A program made the position numbers and the translations under genes. Under the pieces are notes generated by a model. That model did not search any database. It was given only the letters and a program-made list of their open reading frames with translations, and was not told where the DNA came from. Below, in pieces: positions 28,906 through 37,191 of a stretch of DNA of 64,000 nucleotides. The stretch is from an uncultured Desulfobulbia bacterium. GTDB lineage: Bacteria > Desulfobacterota > Desulfobulbia > Desulfobulbales > SURF-16. The stretch is from the NCBI GenBank assembly GCA_964653055.1, contig CAZZCA010000002.1, forward strand, positions 2,822 through 66,821. The letters are read 5' to 3'. Position 1 is the first letter of the stretch; each line of letters starts with the position of its first letter.

Positions 28906-29589
28906 TCAGGCCAGCTTGGCCTCGCCGTCAGCCAGATTCTGGAGGCCGTCATGGTCCAGGATAGTAATTTGCGGTCCTTCTGTTGTAATGAGGCCCTGGC
29001 CGGCAATTTTGCCAAGAATCCTGGACAGGGTTTCCGGGATGGTGCCCAGGAGGCTGGCCAATTGCCCCTTGGTGATTGGCAGTTTGAAGCTATCACCCTG
29101 GTGCTGCTGGTTTTCGATGAGGAGATAGGCTGCCAGTCGACCGGGAACCTCTTTCAGGGACAGAGCCTCGATCATATGGGTGAATTGACGAAGTCGCAGA
29201 GATAATGTGGCCAGCAGGTTCATGGCCAGGGAGGGATGATGGGCCAGTAATTCACTGAAATCCCGGCGGGGCAGGAAGAGGAGGAGGCTTTTTTGCAGGG
29301 CCATGGCGTTGGCAGGAAAGGGGATGCCGGCAAAAACCGCCACTTCGGCAAAGGGCTCCCCCGGCCCCAGGATGTGGAGGATTTGCTCTTTACCGTCCAG
29401 TGACATTTTAAAGACCTTTATCTGGCCGTTGAGGATGAGGTAAAAGCCCGCACCTTCATCGCCCTCATGAAAGATCATTTCGCCCCGCTTAAATGTTGAT
29501 TCCTTGGCGATGGCAGCTAAATTGTCCAGGTGCTCCGGGGATAGGCCTTTAAATAATTTAATCTGGCTCAGGTTGTAATCTGTTTTCAT
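28906..29589 (-). CDS. Crp/Fnr-family transcriptional regulator
   Basis: 227 aa with a cNMP-binding beta-barrel (FKRGEMIFHEGDEG) and C-terminal HTH (QLASLLGTIPETLSRIL). No N-terminal Cys cluster, so not a classical FNR. Confidence 0.9.
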   Translation of the reverse strand: MKTDYNLSQIKLFKGLSPEHLDNLAAIAKESTFKRGEMIFHEGDEGAGFYLILNGQIKVFKMSLDGKEQILHILGPGEPFAEVAVFAGIPFPANAMALQKSLLLFLPRRDFSELLAHHPSLAMNLLATLSLRLRQFTHMIEALSLKEVPGRLAAYLLIENQQHQGDSFKLPITKGQLASLLGTIPETLSRILGKIAGQGLITTEGPQITILDHDGLQNLADGEAKLA

Positions 29590-30299
29590 GGGTTCTCCTG
29601 ACAGATGGCCATGGCGTAATTATTGGCGATGAATCTTACGGCTGCCTGGTAATTGTGGTTTTTCTTTGAGTGGAAAGAAAAGACGGTTAATTTATCTATA
29701 TGGTAAAGCTCCAGTTCAAGGAAGCCCGGCATGGGGGTGATCATTTTCTTGAGAGCCTCCTTGGCGCACCAGAGCATGGTAAGTAATTGCTGGTTATCTT
29801 GCTGATCGTTCTGCCATGTGTTTAATTGGGCCAGTTCCTGGTCCTGGCAGAATTTCGCCTGTACCCGTTGGATTCTTTCTGAGACCGGCTCAATATCAAT
29901 GCCGCATGAATTGGTGCCGGCCATGGCCACTGCCAGCTCATGGCTATGGGAGATGGAGATATTGATTGTTTCCTGCGGCCTTAACTGGATGAATGGTTTG
30001 TCCTGGCTGTTTTGTTGAACTTCAAGTTCTGGTAAGGGGATGTCGTGGCATCTGGGCAGGGCTGAGGCCGCCTCTTTGGCGGCAATTCTTCCACCCAGCC
30101 ATTCTTTTTGTCGTTTGGCCAGCTTAAAGGATGAAAATTTCTCTTTTTCCGCCGGGGAAAGGTATTTATTTAATTGGCTTTGGGGCCCGTTGGCAGGGAT
30201 CTGGCCTTCCAGTTGGCCCAGGTCGACGGAGATCAGGCAAAACCCCCCATTTGCTGTGTCATTGGGGTCGGCAATCAGGCTGGTGATATTGGAAATCAT
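29586..30299 (-). CDS. 4'-phosphopantetheinyl transferase (Sfp-type)
   Basis: Motifs WLGGRIAAKEAA, ISISHSHELAVA, GIDIE, WCAKEALKK. Start placed at MISNITS; the longest ORF reaches 30347. Confidence 0.75.
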   Translation of the reverse strand: MISNITSLIADPNDTANGGFCLISVDLGQLEGQIPANGPQSQLNKYLSPAEKEKFSSFKLAKRQKEWLGGRIAAKEAASALPRCHDIPLPELEVQQNSQDKPFIQLRPQETINISISHSHELAVAMAGTNSCGIDIEPVSERIQRVQAKFCQDQELAQLNTWQNDQQDNQQLLTMLWCAKEALKKMITPMPGFLELELYHIDKLTVFSFHSKKNHNYQAAVRFIANNYAMAICQENP

Positions 30300-30427
30300 T
30301 ATCTTGGCACTCCGACAGCCGCAACCCTGGCCCCAGAAACTTGACAAGCCGACGGTAGTATTGTAGCCCTTTTTAGAATATTTATGAATAAAACCATACT
30401 GACCAAAGATTAGCCTAAGGATTTCTT

Positions 30428-31027
30428 ATGTCAACGCTTGACGCATTAATAATCGGGATTATTGTTGTTTTTCTGATCCGGGGGATCTGGGTGGGGTTCA
30501 TCCGACAGATGGCCTCTATTCTGGCCCTGGTTTTCGGCTTTATCGTGGCTGGTCGTTATTATGGCGAGTCGGCTCATCTGCTTACACCCTATATCAGTAA
30601 TAAGCAGGTGGGGTTTTTTATTGCCTATCTTTTGATCTTTCTGATTGTCTTCGGTGGCACGGTGGTTTGCGGGATGATTTTAAAAAAGGTTATGCATGTC
30701 TCGCTTCTTGGCTGGTTTGACCGGATCATTGGGGCTTTTTTCGGTATGGCCAAGGGTCTTGCCCTTTCCTGTCTGTTTTTCATGGGTCTTGGCATATTCA
30801 TATCGGCTGGCAGCCCGTTTTTTGCTGATTCATTTGCCTACCCCTACCTGGAACGAGGCTCATCCATTATCCTTACCCTGGTAAAAAATGATAATCTCCG
30901 TACTGAGCTCATGCCCCGGCGACCTGCTATCCCTGCCTTTATTACCAATACCCTTGAGCTGGGGAAAAAGGTGCTGCCAGGTAATGCCGATGCTGACCGG
31001 AAGCAGGACAATGCCGGAACACCCTGA
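30428..31027 (+). CDS. cvpA: CvpA-family membrane protein (colicin V production protein-like)
   Basis: 199 aa with four predicted TM helices and an N-terminus (LDALIIGIIVVFLIRGIWVGFIRQ) typical of CvpA. Confidence 0.8.
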   Translation: MSTLDALIIGIIVVFLIRGIWVGFIRQMASILALVFGFIVAGRYYGESAHLLTPYISNKQVGFFIAYLLIFLIVFGGTVVCGMILKKVMHVSLLGWFDRIIGAFFGMAKGLALSCLFFMGLGIFISAGSPFFADSFAYPYLERGSSIILTLVKNDNLRTELMPRRPAIPAFITNTLELGKKVLPGNADADRKQDNAGTP

Positions 31028-31779
31028 TGGCCAGCAAGCCCCGTCCCTCGTCTTATCGTCATCGTGATTATCGCCGGCAGATGGCGGCTGATGATCTGGT
31101 GGCCTCAGAGGTTCAGGTCCGGGAGACCGACCTCTTCATCCTGGCCCCCATTGATGTCGGTAAGCCGGCAACCCATCTGGTGATTCAATACCGTAATCAG
31201 CTGGAGGCATATATCGCCTCCCGGCCCTCCTTCTTATCTTCCCTGAGTCCCTTGCCCCTTGACCCTTTAGCCCCCCCTATTGTCAGAGAGATGCTGAAGG
31301 CTGCTCAGGCCTGTGCAGTAGGGCCCATGGCGGCAGTGGCCGGGGTTATGGCCCAGTCGGTGGGCCAGGGCCTGCAGGAGGAGACGGGTCGAGATGAGAT
31401 AATTGTGGAAAACGGGGGTGATATCTTTATGCAGCGCAGCCAGGACAGTGTGGCCTCCATCTTTGCCGGCACCTCTCCGCTGTCTAATAAGATCGGGATT
31501 CGGATTCCTGCGGCAATAATGCCTCTTGGTATCTGTACCTCTTCCGGGACGGTTGGTCATTCCCTGAGTCTGGGTCAGGCCGATTCGGTGACGGTGCTGG
31601 CGCGGTCAACAGCCCTTGCTGATGCGGCAGCAACCCGGCTTGGCAATGAGATCTGTCGCCAGGGTGATATTGACCTGGCCCTGGCCCATGCCCGTGAGAT
31701 TAGCGGCCTTATCGGGGTTGTTGTGGTTATGGGCGAGGGGCTGGGGGCCTGGGGTGAGATAGAGCTGGTGAAGCTCTAA
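31027..31779 (+). CDS. UPF0280/ApbE-like family protein (COG2122-like)
   Basis: 250 aa with N-terminal YRHRDYRRQ...VRETDLFI. ApbE-like core recognised by eye only. 1-nt TGATG overlap with cvpA. Confidence 0.5.
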   Translation: MASKPRPSSYRHRDYRRQMAADDLVASEVQVRETDLFILAPIDVGKPATHLVIQYRNQLEAYIASRPSFLSSLSPLPLDPLAPPIVREMLKAAQACAVGPMAAVAGVMAQSVGQGLQEETGRDEIIVENGGDIFMQRSQDSVASIFAGTSPLSNKIGIRIPAAIMPLGICTSSGTVGHSLSLGQADSVTVLARSTALADAAATRLGNEICRQGDIDLALAHAREISGLIGVVVVMGEGLGAWGEIELVKL

Positions 31780-32456
31780 GTCATTAATTCCTTAAAGAAA
31801 ATTATGGACGGGAAACGGGGTGAATAGGTCACCGGCCTGGTGCTGCTTGATTTGGCAACAAAGATCAGGTTCTGGATCCCGTAATCAGCGGCGCTTGCCA
31901 GCACATCTTCATTATCATCGGCCAGCATGGACGATTTGCGGCAGAAGGGATAGATCTCTTTCAGCCTGGGCCAGAAGGCCGGGTCTTCTTTAGGCAGGCC
32001 AATCTCCTCTGAGCTGATGATCTGGTCAAAATGGCCTTCGATTTCGGTTTTGGCCATCTTGATCGCTAAGGTTTTCGGGTGGGCATTGGTTACCAGGTAG
32101 ATTCTCTTGCCGTTTTCCCGACAATAATCGAGGAACTCGATTACATAGGGATGAACCTGGATGAGGTGGTTCATTTTTTCCTTCATGGAGGCCAGGTTAA
32201 GGCCAAGTTGCTCTGACCAATAATTAATATCGGTCCAGTCCATGGTTTTTTCCCGGGACTTATACATGGCCAGCAGTTTCTCGTGGGCCTCCCAGAAATT
32301 GATCTTATTTTCCCGGGCATATACCTCCGGCACATGCTCTTCCCAGAAATAATCGTCAAAATGCTTGTCAAGCAGGGTTCCGTCCATGTCCAGCATGACG
32401 ATGTCAATGTCGGGCCAGATCAGCTTTGGTTCAATTTTTTCAAGTTTCATAATCAT
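31776..32456 (-). CDS. yrfG: HAD-superfamily GMP/IMP nucleotidase (YrfG-like)
   Basis: DIVMLDMDGTLLDKHFDDYFWEEHVPE, NYWSEQLGL, VTNAHPKTLAIKM, GLPKEDPAFW. These are close to the E. coli YrfG pattern. Confidence 0.75.
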   Translation of the reverse strand: MIMKLEKIEPKLIWPDIDIVMLDMDGTLLDKHFDDYFWEEHVPEVYARENKINFWEAHEKLLAMYKSREKTMDWTDINYWSEQLGLNLASMKEKMNHLIQVHPYVIEFLDYCRENGKRIYLVTNAHPKTLAIKMAKTEIEGHFDQIISSEEIGLPKEDPAFWPRLKEIYPFCRKSSMLADDNEDVLASAADYGIQNLIFVAKSSSTRPVTYSPRFPSIIFFKELMT

Positions 32457-33166
32457 TGGTTGTTGAGAATCTGTTCAATGGTTTTATGGTTAATTTCCCG
32501 CGTCATTAAATGGTCCAAATACGGTCTGACCAGGGGCTCTTCCGCCGGCAGCAACAGAAAGCCGGGTAAGGGCTCGGCCCGGCCCAGCCTGGCCATGGCC
32601 GGTGGGATTATTTCATCATTGATCAGTTTTTTTATCCTGCGGTATTTGCTGGCTGCCAGCAGGGCCAGCAGGACATCCTGCATATTGCCCCAGAACTCCC
32701 CCTGGCCAAGATGCTCGATGATCTGGAGGGTGACGGTATTGATGGCCACTAATTCGTCTGGCTGGCTGGCACTGCCATTTTTAAGGCATGGTTCGGTTGA
32801 GGCAAAACAGCGGCAATTGAAGGGTCGGACCTGGTATAGGGGGCAGGTGTTATCGGTTAGCAGGGGACAGGAATTATCTTGTCTGGCCGCATCTGGCGGG
32901 GGCTCGATATTGTTCAGGCACATACGAGCCAGGGCGTTGGTGGTGAGGTGTTCCTGGGTTCCTTCGGTTCGATTCATTAATTTTGTGGCCAGCCATTCTT
33001 CCTGGTTGTTGACCAGGACAAAGTCCAGGATTAGCTCCCCTTCCATGGCAGTAATGGTAACATTGTCTGTACAGCAGGCAGCGCAGCCCTTGCTGCAGGC
33101 ATAGTCCTGCCCGGCCAACCATTTTTCATAGTTCTGGTATATTTCCTGTAAAACCTTATCCTTCAC
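32453..33166 (-). CDS. YkgJ-family (CxxCxxCC) putative Fe-S/zinc-binding protein
   Basis: 237 aa with the Cys cluster CSKGCAACC plus later CPLL..CPLY..CRC. Apparent GTG start preceded by GGAG. Confidence 0.5.
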   Translation of the reverse strand: MKDKVLQEIYQNYEKWLAGQDYACSKGCAACCTDNVTITAMEGELILDFVLVNNQEEWLATKLMNRTEGTQEHLTTNALARMCLNNIEPPPDAARQDNSCPLLTDNTCPLYQVRPFNCRCFASTEPCLKNGSASQPDELVAINTVTLQIIEHLGQGEFWGNMQDVLLALLAASKYRRIKKLINDEIIPPAMARLGRAEPLPGFLLLPAEEPLVRPYLDHLMTREINHKTIEQILNNQ

Positions 33167-33177
33167 ACGTCACTCCA

Positions 33178-33360
33178 TTATTGTAGCTTAGCTTTGCAGG
33201 TGATAACGCCATGCCTCAGCAGCCTCTTGTTCCTTGTCTGGCTTTCGCTTTCATGGCTGATGGTCGGAAACTCAGGGTTAAAGCCTTCAGGCATCCAGTC
33301 CATCAAACAGCCATGCCGGCTCAGGCCATCCAGCGGCGCGGCAGGATATCGACCTGTCAT
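33178..33360 (-). CDS. Small hypothetical protein (60 aa from ATG; 69 aa from GTG at 33387)
   Basis: The ORF exactly fills the gap between the DUF1232 gene and ykgJ. Purine-rich AAGGACAGGGGGGGG precedes the ATG. No recognisable motif. Confidence 0.3.
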   Translation of the reverse strand: MTGRYPAAPLDGLSRHGCLMDWMPEGFNPEFPTISHESESQTRNKRLLRHGVITCKAKLQ

Positions 33361-33383
33361 CACCCCCCCCTGTCCTTCGCTCC

Positions 33384-33623
33384 TCACTTCTTCCGTTGCT
33401 TCTCTTCTGGTTTAGGCATCAGGCGCAGGGCCAGGGCAATGATGGCTGATGCCACGGTTACATCGTCAAGAAGACCCAGAACCGGAATAGTGTCAGTGAT
33501 CAGGTCCATGGGCATTATCAGGTAGAGGAGCCCTAAGACCAGGAGAAACTTAATATAGATGGGCGTCTGCCGGTCCCAGAGTAATTTCCAGTAGAGGGCC
33601 AGCCGCCGGAGAAAATTAACCAT
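33384..33623 (-). CDS. DUF1232 (YkvA-like) small membrane protein
   Basis: 79 aa with the motif LIMPMDLITDTIPVLGLLDDVTV. Confidence 0.8.
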   Translation of the reverse strand: MVNFLRRLALYWKLLWDRQTPIYIKFLLVLGLLYLIMPMDLITDTIPVLGLLDDVTVASAIIALALRLMPKPEEKQRKK

Positions 33624-33625
33624 GA

Positions 33626-34546
33626 TCAGGTTTCCACAGCCCCGATTAAATCCCTGGCCGCGGTGATCTGGTTTTGCTGAAGATAGCTGGTGAGGTCTGC
33701 CACCATTTTGCCGCTGATGGCCGGGTCAACCAGGTTGGCGGTGCCGATCTGGACGGCTGAGGCGCCGGCAAGCATAAACTCAACCACATCTTCCACCGAT
33801 CTGATTCCGCCGATGCCGATGACCGGAATTGAAACGGCTGCTGCCACCTGGTAAACCATCCGGAGGGCAACTGGTTTAATTGCCGGTCCAGACAGACCCC
33901 CCACAACATTGGCCAGGCGAGGACGCCGGCTTCGGGGGTCAATGGCCATTCCCAGAAGAGTGTTGATCAGAGAGATGACATCAGCTCCACCCGCCTCTGC
34001 TGCCTTTGCCATCACTGTGATATCGGTAACATTGGGGGAGAGTTTGACAATTATCGGTTTAGTGGTTTTTTTCCTGACAGCCTCGGATACTTCTTTTACC
34101 ATTTTAGGGTCACTGCCAAAGGCCACCCCTCCCTTTTTGACGTTGGGGCAGGATATATTTATTTCAATGGCAGCAATTTCAGTATCGTTCAATCTGGCGG
34201 CCAGACTGGCGTAGTCAGCGATGGAGTCGCCAAGGATATTGACAATCACCGGGCATTTATAATTGGTAAAAAGGGGGATTTTTTCCTGAAGAAAATGGTC
34301 AATCCCCTTGTTCTCCAGGCCAATGGCGTTGAGCATGCCGCAGGCGGTTTCTACAATTCGAGGCGGTGGATTTCCCGGGCGTGGTTTTAGGGAGATCCCC
34401 TTGACAACTATGGCCCCCAGGGTGTCAAGATTAACAAAGGGTTGAAACTCTTCCCCATAGCCAAAGGTGCCGGAGGCAGTGATAATCGGGTTGGCTAAAG
34501 AGAGCTTGGGGCCAAGTGATACCTGTAGGTCTGGTTTTTCTACCAT
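33626..34546 (-). CDS. pyrD: Dihydroorotate dehydrogenase (type 1B) catalytic subunit
   Basis: 306 aa with NPIITASGTFGYG, NISCPNVKKGG, GLSGPAIKP, and IGIGGI. Confidence 0.96.
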   Translation of the reverse strand: MVEKPDLQVSLGPKLSLANPIITASGTFGYGEEFQPFVNLDTLGAIVVKGISLKPRPGNPPPRIVETACGMLNAIGLENKGIDHFLQEKIPLFTNYKCPVIVNILGDSIADYASLAARLNDTEIAAIEINISCPNVKKGGVAFGSDPKMVKEVSEAVRKKTTKPIIVKLSPNVTDITVMAKAAEAGGADVISLINTLLGMAIDPRSRRPRLANVVGGLSGPAIKPVALRMVYQVAAAVSIPVIGIGGIRSVEDVVEFMLAGASAVQIGTANLVDPAISGKMVADLTSYLQQNQITAARDLIGAVET

Positions 34547-35322
34547 AATGACTCAGCGTTGAAGACGGGACCATCGCTGCAGACGTGATGGTAGCCCTGG
34601 TTTAAGCCTTTTTTCGGGACAATGCAACCCAGGCAGGCGCCGATGCCGCAGGCCATTTCTTTTTCCATGGAGACCTGGCAGTCCCAGCCTTTGTCCTGGC
34701 AGACCCTGGCCACTGCCCGCATCATTGGCTCGGGCCCACAGCTGTAAACCATGGTGGCTGGGCTATCAGCAAGGGGTGTCAGTAATTCGGTGACCAGGCC
34801 GTGGTGGCCCATGGAGCCGTCGTCAGTGGCCACCTGTACAGGTACGCCGCCGGTTTCTGCCAGTTCATCAATGGCCACCAGTTCATTTTTGCTGCGGGCA
34901 CCGATGGTAATAATTAATTCAGTATTTTGCTTCAACCTGTCTGCCAGCAAAAGAAGAGGGGCGGTGCCCATGCCTCCCCCCACCAGGATATGGCGCTCCT
35001 TGTCTGCCAGGTTGAAGCCCTGGCCCAGTGGCCCTAAGATGTCAACGGTGTCTCCGGTGGCTGCTCCAGCCATGAGGGCGGTTCCCCGACCCACTACCCG
35101 GTAGAGAATGACGAGATTGTCGCTCTCGATCTGGTGAATAGAAAAGGGGCGTCGCAGCAAAGGGTCATCATTAATCCGGCCTGGTCGCAGCATGATGAAT
35201 TGGCCGGGCCTGGCCAGCGCGCAGATGGCCGGGGCTTTAATGGCCATTCGGTAAATCTCCGGTGCCACCTTTTTATTTTCGCTGACAGGACAATGGTCAA
35301 GCTGGCAGGGCAGGAGGCTCAT
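34540..35322 (-). CDS. pyrK: Dihydroorotate dehydrogenase electron-transfer subunit
   Basis: 260 aa with FAD/NAD domain (RRPFSI, GGGMGTAPL) and a C-terminal 2Fe-2S Cys cluster (CGIGACLGC). Confidence 0.94.
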   Translation of the reverse strand: MSLLPCQLDHCPVSENKKVAPEIYRMAIKAPAICALARPGQFIMLRPGRINDDPLLRRPFSIHQIESDNLVILYRVVGRGTALMAGAATGDTVDILGPLGQGFNLADKERHILVGGGMGTAPLLLLADRLKQNTELIITIGARSKNELVAIDELAETGGVPVQVATDDGSMGHHGLVTELLTPLADSPATMVYSCGPEPMMRAVARVCQDKGWDCQVSMEKEMACGIGACLGCIVPKKGLNQGYHHVCSDGPVFNAESLW

Positions 35323-36218
35323 CCCTTATCTCCGTTTCTGGCTCCAAGCAGGAGCTGATGTAGGCGTTCAAGGTCTTCTGGCGAGGAATACTCAATGATC
35401 ATTTTGCCCCGCTGGCCATTTTGGATAATTTTGCTCTTTGCCTGGAGGTGTTGTTCGAGATCCCGGGATAATGTCTGGCAGTATGACGGGGGCAGCATAT
35501 TGGGCCTTGTTGCTTTGCCTGTGGAGCTGGCCGGGGTTTTTAGTTTTTTCGCCAGTTGTTCGGCCTGCCGGACTGAGAGCTCGCGCTGGATAATTTCGTC
35601 GCGCAGGTCTTTCATTGCCTGGGGGTCTTGCAGGCTGAGCAATACCCGGGCATGCCCCATGCTCAGGTCGCCGGTTTCCAGGTCTTTTTTGGCATAATCC
35701 GGTAATTGGAGAAGGCGCAGCATATTGGCTATGGTTGACCGCTGCTTGCCAACCTTATGGGCCACCTCCTCCTGGGTGAGACCAAATTCTTTGATCAGGC
35801 CGGCATAGGCAGTCCCTTCTTCCATGGGGTTGAGGTTGCGTCGCTGAATATTTTCGATAAGGGCAAGCTCCAGTCTGTCCTCGGGCTCGGCCTGGCGGAT
35901 AACAACGGGGACCTGGTTACAGCCGGCCAGCTTTGCTGCCCGCAGTCGTCTTTCTCCGGCGATCAGCTCAAAGCCACCTGAATCAAGGCCCCGAACAATC
36001 AGGGGCTGAAGGATGCCCTTTTCCCGGATGGACGCGGCCAGCTCTTCCAGGCCTTCATTGTCCATGGTCTTGCGGGGCTGGTAAGGGTTGGGGCGAATTG
36101 ACTCTGGGGAGCACCATTGAAATTCCCGGGAGGAGGAATCGCCCTTTTGTTCATCGAGATCCAGGCTGTCTGGCAGCAGGGATTCCAGCCCTCTGCCCAG
36201 GCGGATATTGTCTTTCAT
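35319..36218 (-). CDS. parB: Chromosome partitioning protein ParB
   Basis: Motifs GRGLESLL, NPYQPRK, GILQPLIVR, ELIAGERRLRAAKLAG, and an HTH. Start at MKDNIRLGRG gives an ATGA overlap with the parA stop; the longest ORF reaches 36329. Confidence 0.95.
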   Translation of the reverse strand: MKDNIRLGRGLESLLPDSLDLDEQKGDSSSREFQWCSPESIRPNPYQPRKTMDNEGLEELAASIREKGILQPLIVRGLDSGGFELIAGERRLRAAKLAGCNQVPVVIRQAEPEDRLELALIENIQRRNLNPMEEGTAYAGLIKEFGLTQEEVAHKVGKQRSTIANMLRLLQLPDYAKKDLETGDLSMGHARVLLSLQDPQAMKDLRDEIIQRELSVRQAEQLAKKLKTPASSTGKATRPNMLPPSYCQTLSRDLEQHLQAKSKIIQNGQRGKMIIEYSSPEDLERLHQLLLGARNGDKG

Positions 36219-37000
36219 GATGCGGCCTTTTCCTGTTTTTTGATAAATTCCCGGGCAAGGTTGAGATAACCCAGGGCTCCGCTGGAGTTTTTGTCGTACT
36301 CGATCACCGGCTTGCCATGGCTGGGACATTCGCTGAGACGGACATTTCGTGGAATAACCGTCTCGTAGACCTTGTTTTTGAAATGGTTCTTTACTTCCCT
36401 GGCAACCTGGTGGGTCAGCTTGTTGCGGCGGTCAAACATGGTAAGGAGCAGCCCTTCGATTTGAAGCTTATTGTTATAGGAATTTTTGATCAGGCGGATG
36501 GTTCGAATTAGCTGGCTCAGGCCCTCCAGGGCAAAATATTCGCATTGGAGGGGAATGATTATGGAGTCAGCTGCGGTCAGGGCATTTAGGGTGAGTAGGC
36601 CCAGAGATGGCGGGCAATCGATAAAGATATAATCGTATGAGTCTTTCAGGGGGGCTATCATCCTGCTCAGATATCGCTCCCGCTCCTGGGCGGACATCAG
36701 CTCCACCTCAACCCCGATAAGATCCACATGGGTTGGCAATACCGACAGCCCGGCTAATGCCGGTGATTCTCTGATGGTTTGGACGGTTTTGCCGTGATCA
36801 AGGTAGCAATGGTACAGGTGGCGGTCTTTGTCCTTGACCATTACCCCCAGACCGGAAGATGTGTTTCCCTGGGGGTCTGAGTCTACCACCAGAACTTTGT
36901 GGCCAAGTTTGGCCAGGGATGCGGCCAGGTTGATGGCTGTGGTGGTCTTGCCCACCCCGCCTTTCTGGTTGGCCAGGGCGATTGTTTTTGCCTTATTCAT
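36215..37000 (-). CDS. parA: Chromosome partitioning ATPase ParA/Soj
   Basis: 261 aa with the deviant Walker A NQKGGVGKTTT, plus VVDSDPQGN and IDCPPSLG. Confidence 0.96.
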   Translation of the reverse strand: MNKAKTIALANQKGGVGKTTTAINLAASLAKLGHKVLVVDSDPQGNTSSGLGVMVKDKDRHLYHCYLDHGKTVQTIRESPALAGLSVLPTHVDLIGVEVELMSAQERERYLSRMIAPLKDSYDYIFIDCPPSLGLLTLNALTAADSIIIPLQCEYFALEGLSQLIRTIRLIKNSYNNKLQIEGLLLTMFDRRNKLTHQVAREVKNHFKNKVYETVIPRNVRLSECPSHGKPVIEYDKNSSGALGYLNLAREFIKKQEKAAS

Positions 37001-37064
37001 ATCAAAGATAGCTCTATGTATTTACGGAATGTTTGATTTTTCTCAATCTATAATGAATTGCACA

Positions 37065-37100
37065 GGGAGACAATAGCTTTGTCTGCCCATTTGGTTTTTT
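37065..37100 (+). terminator. Terminator-like hairpin with T-run (plus-strand orientation)
   Basis: GGGAGACAA-tagct-TTGTCTgCCC forms a 6-bp perfect stem plus 3 GC pairs across a 1-nt bulge. It is followed by ATTTGGTTTTTT. There is no plus-strand gene upstream. Confidence 0.3.
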
Positions 37101-37128
37101 GATGGGCCGTCTATTGGTTCGGGGAGAG

Positions 37129-37144
37129 TGTTTCACGTGGAACA
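37129..37144. promoter_or_regulatory. parS: parS centromere-like site
   Basis: Plus strand reads TGTTTCACGTGGAACA. Its reverse complement is TGTTCCACGTGAAACA, identical to the canonical 16-bp parS. It lies 129-144 bp upstream of the parA start. Confidence 0.88.
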
Positions 37145-37191
37145 ATTGGAAAAAAGGTAAGGATTTCAGCACGTTGCCTGAGAGACTGTGT

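Noticed and set aside
27861-29096. 411-aa minus-strand ORF, together with similar long antisense ORFs at 12005-12709, 22765-23559, 46673-47755, 59522-60142, 60436-61080, 61687-62283, 62554-63159 and 2637-3203.
   Set aside because: Each lies antisense to a gene with strong, motif-level homology. Their translations are Pro/Gly/Arg/His-rich and low in complexity with no recognisable motifs. Long antisense open frames are expected opposite coding DNA of this composition.
37033-37046. FNR/CRP-like box TTGAT-tttt-CTCAA upstream of parA.
   Set aside because: It has one mismatch to TTGAT-N4-ATCAA and sits in an AT-rich spacer. It is not at a sensible distance (about -41.5 or -61.5) from any promoter I could define on either strand. 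It is likely chance.
37001-37191. oriC-like DnaA-box cluster next to parS.
   Set aside because: No good TTATCCACA or TGTGGATAA matches are present, only 5-6 of 9 partial matches that are part of parS itself. There is no AT-rich unwinding repeat set.
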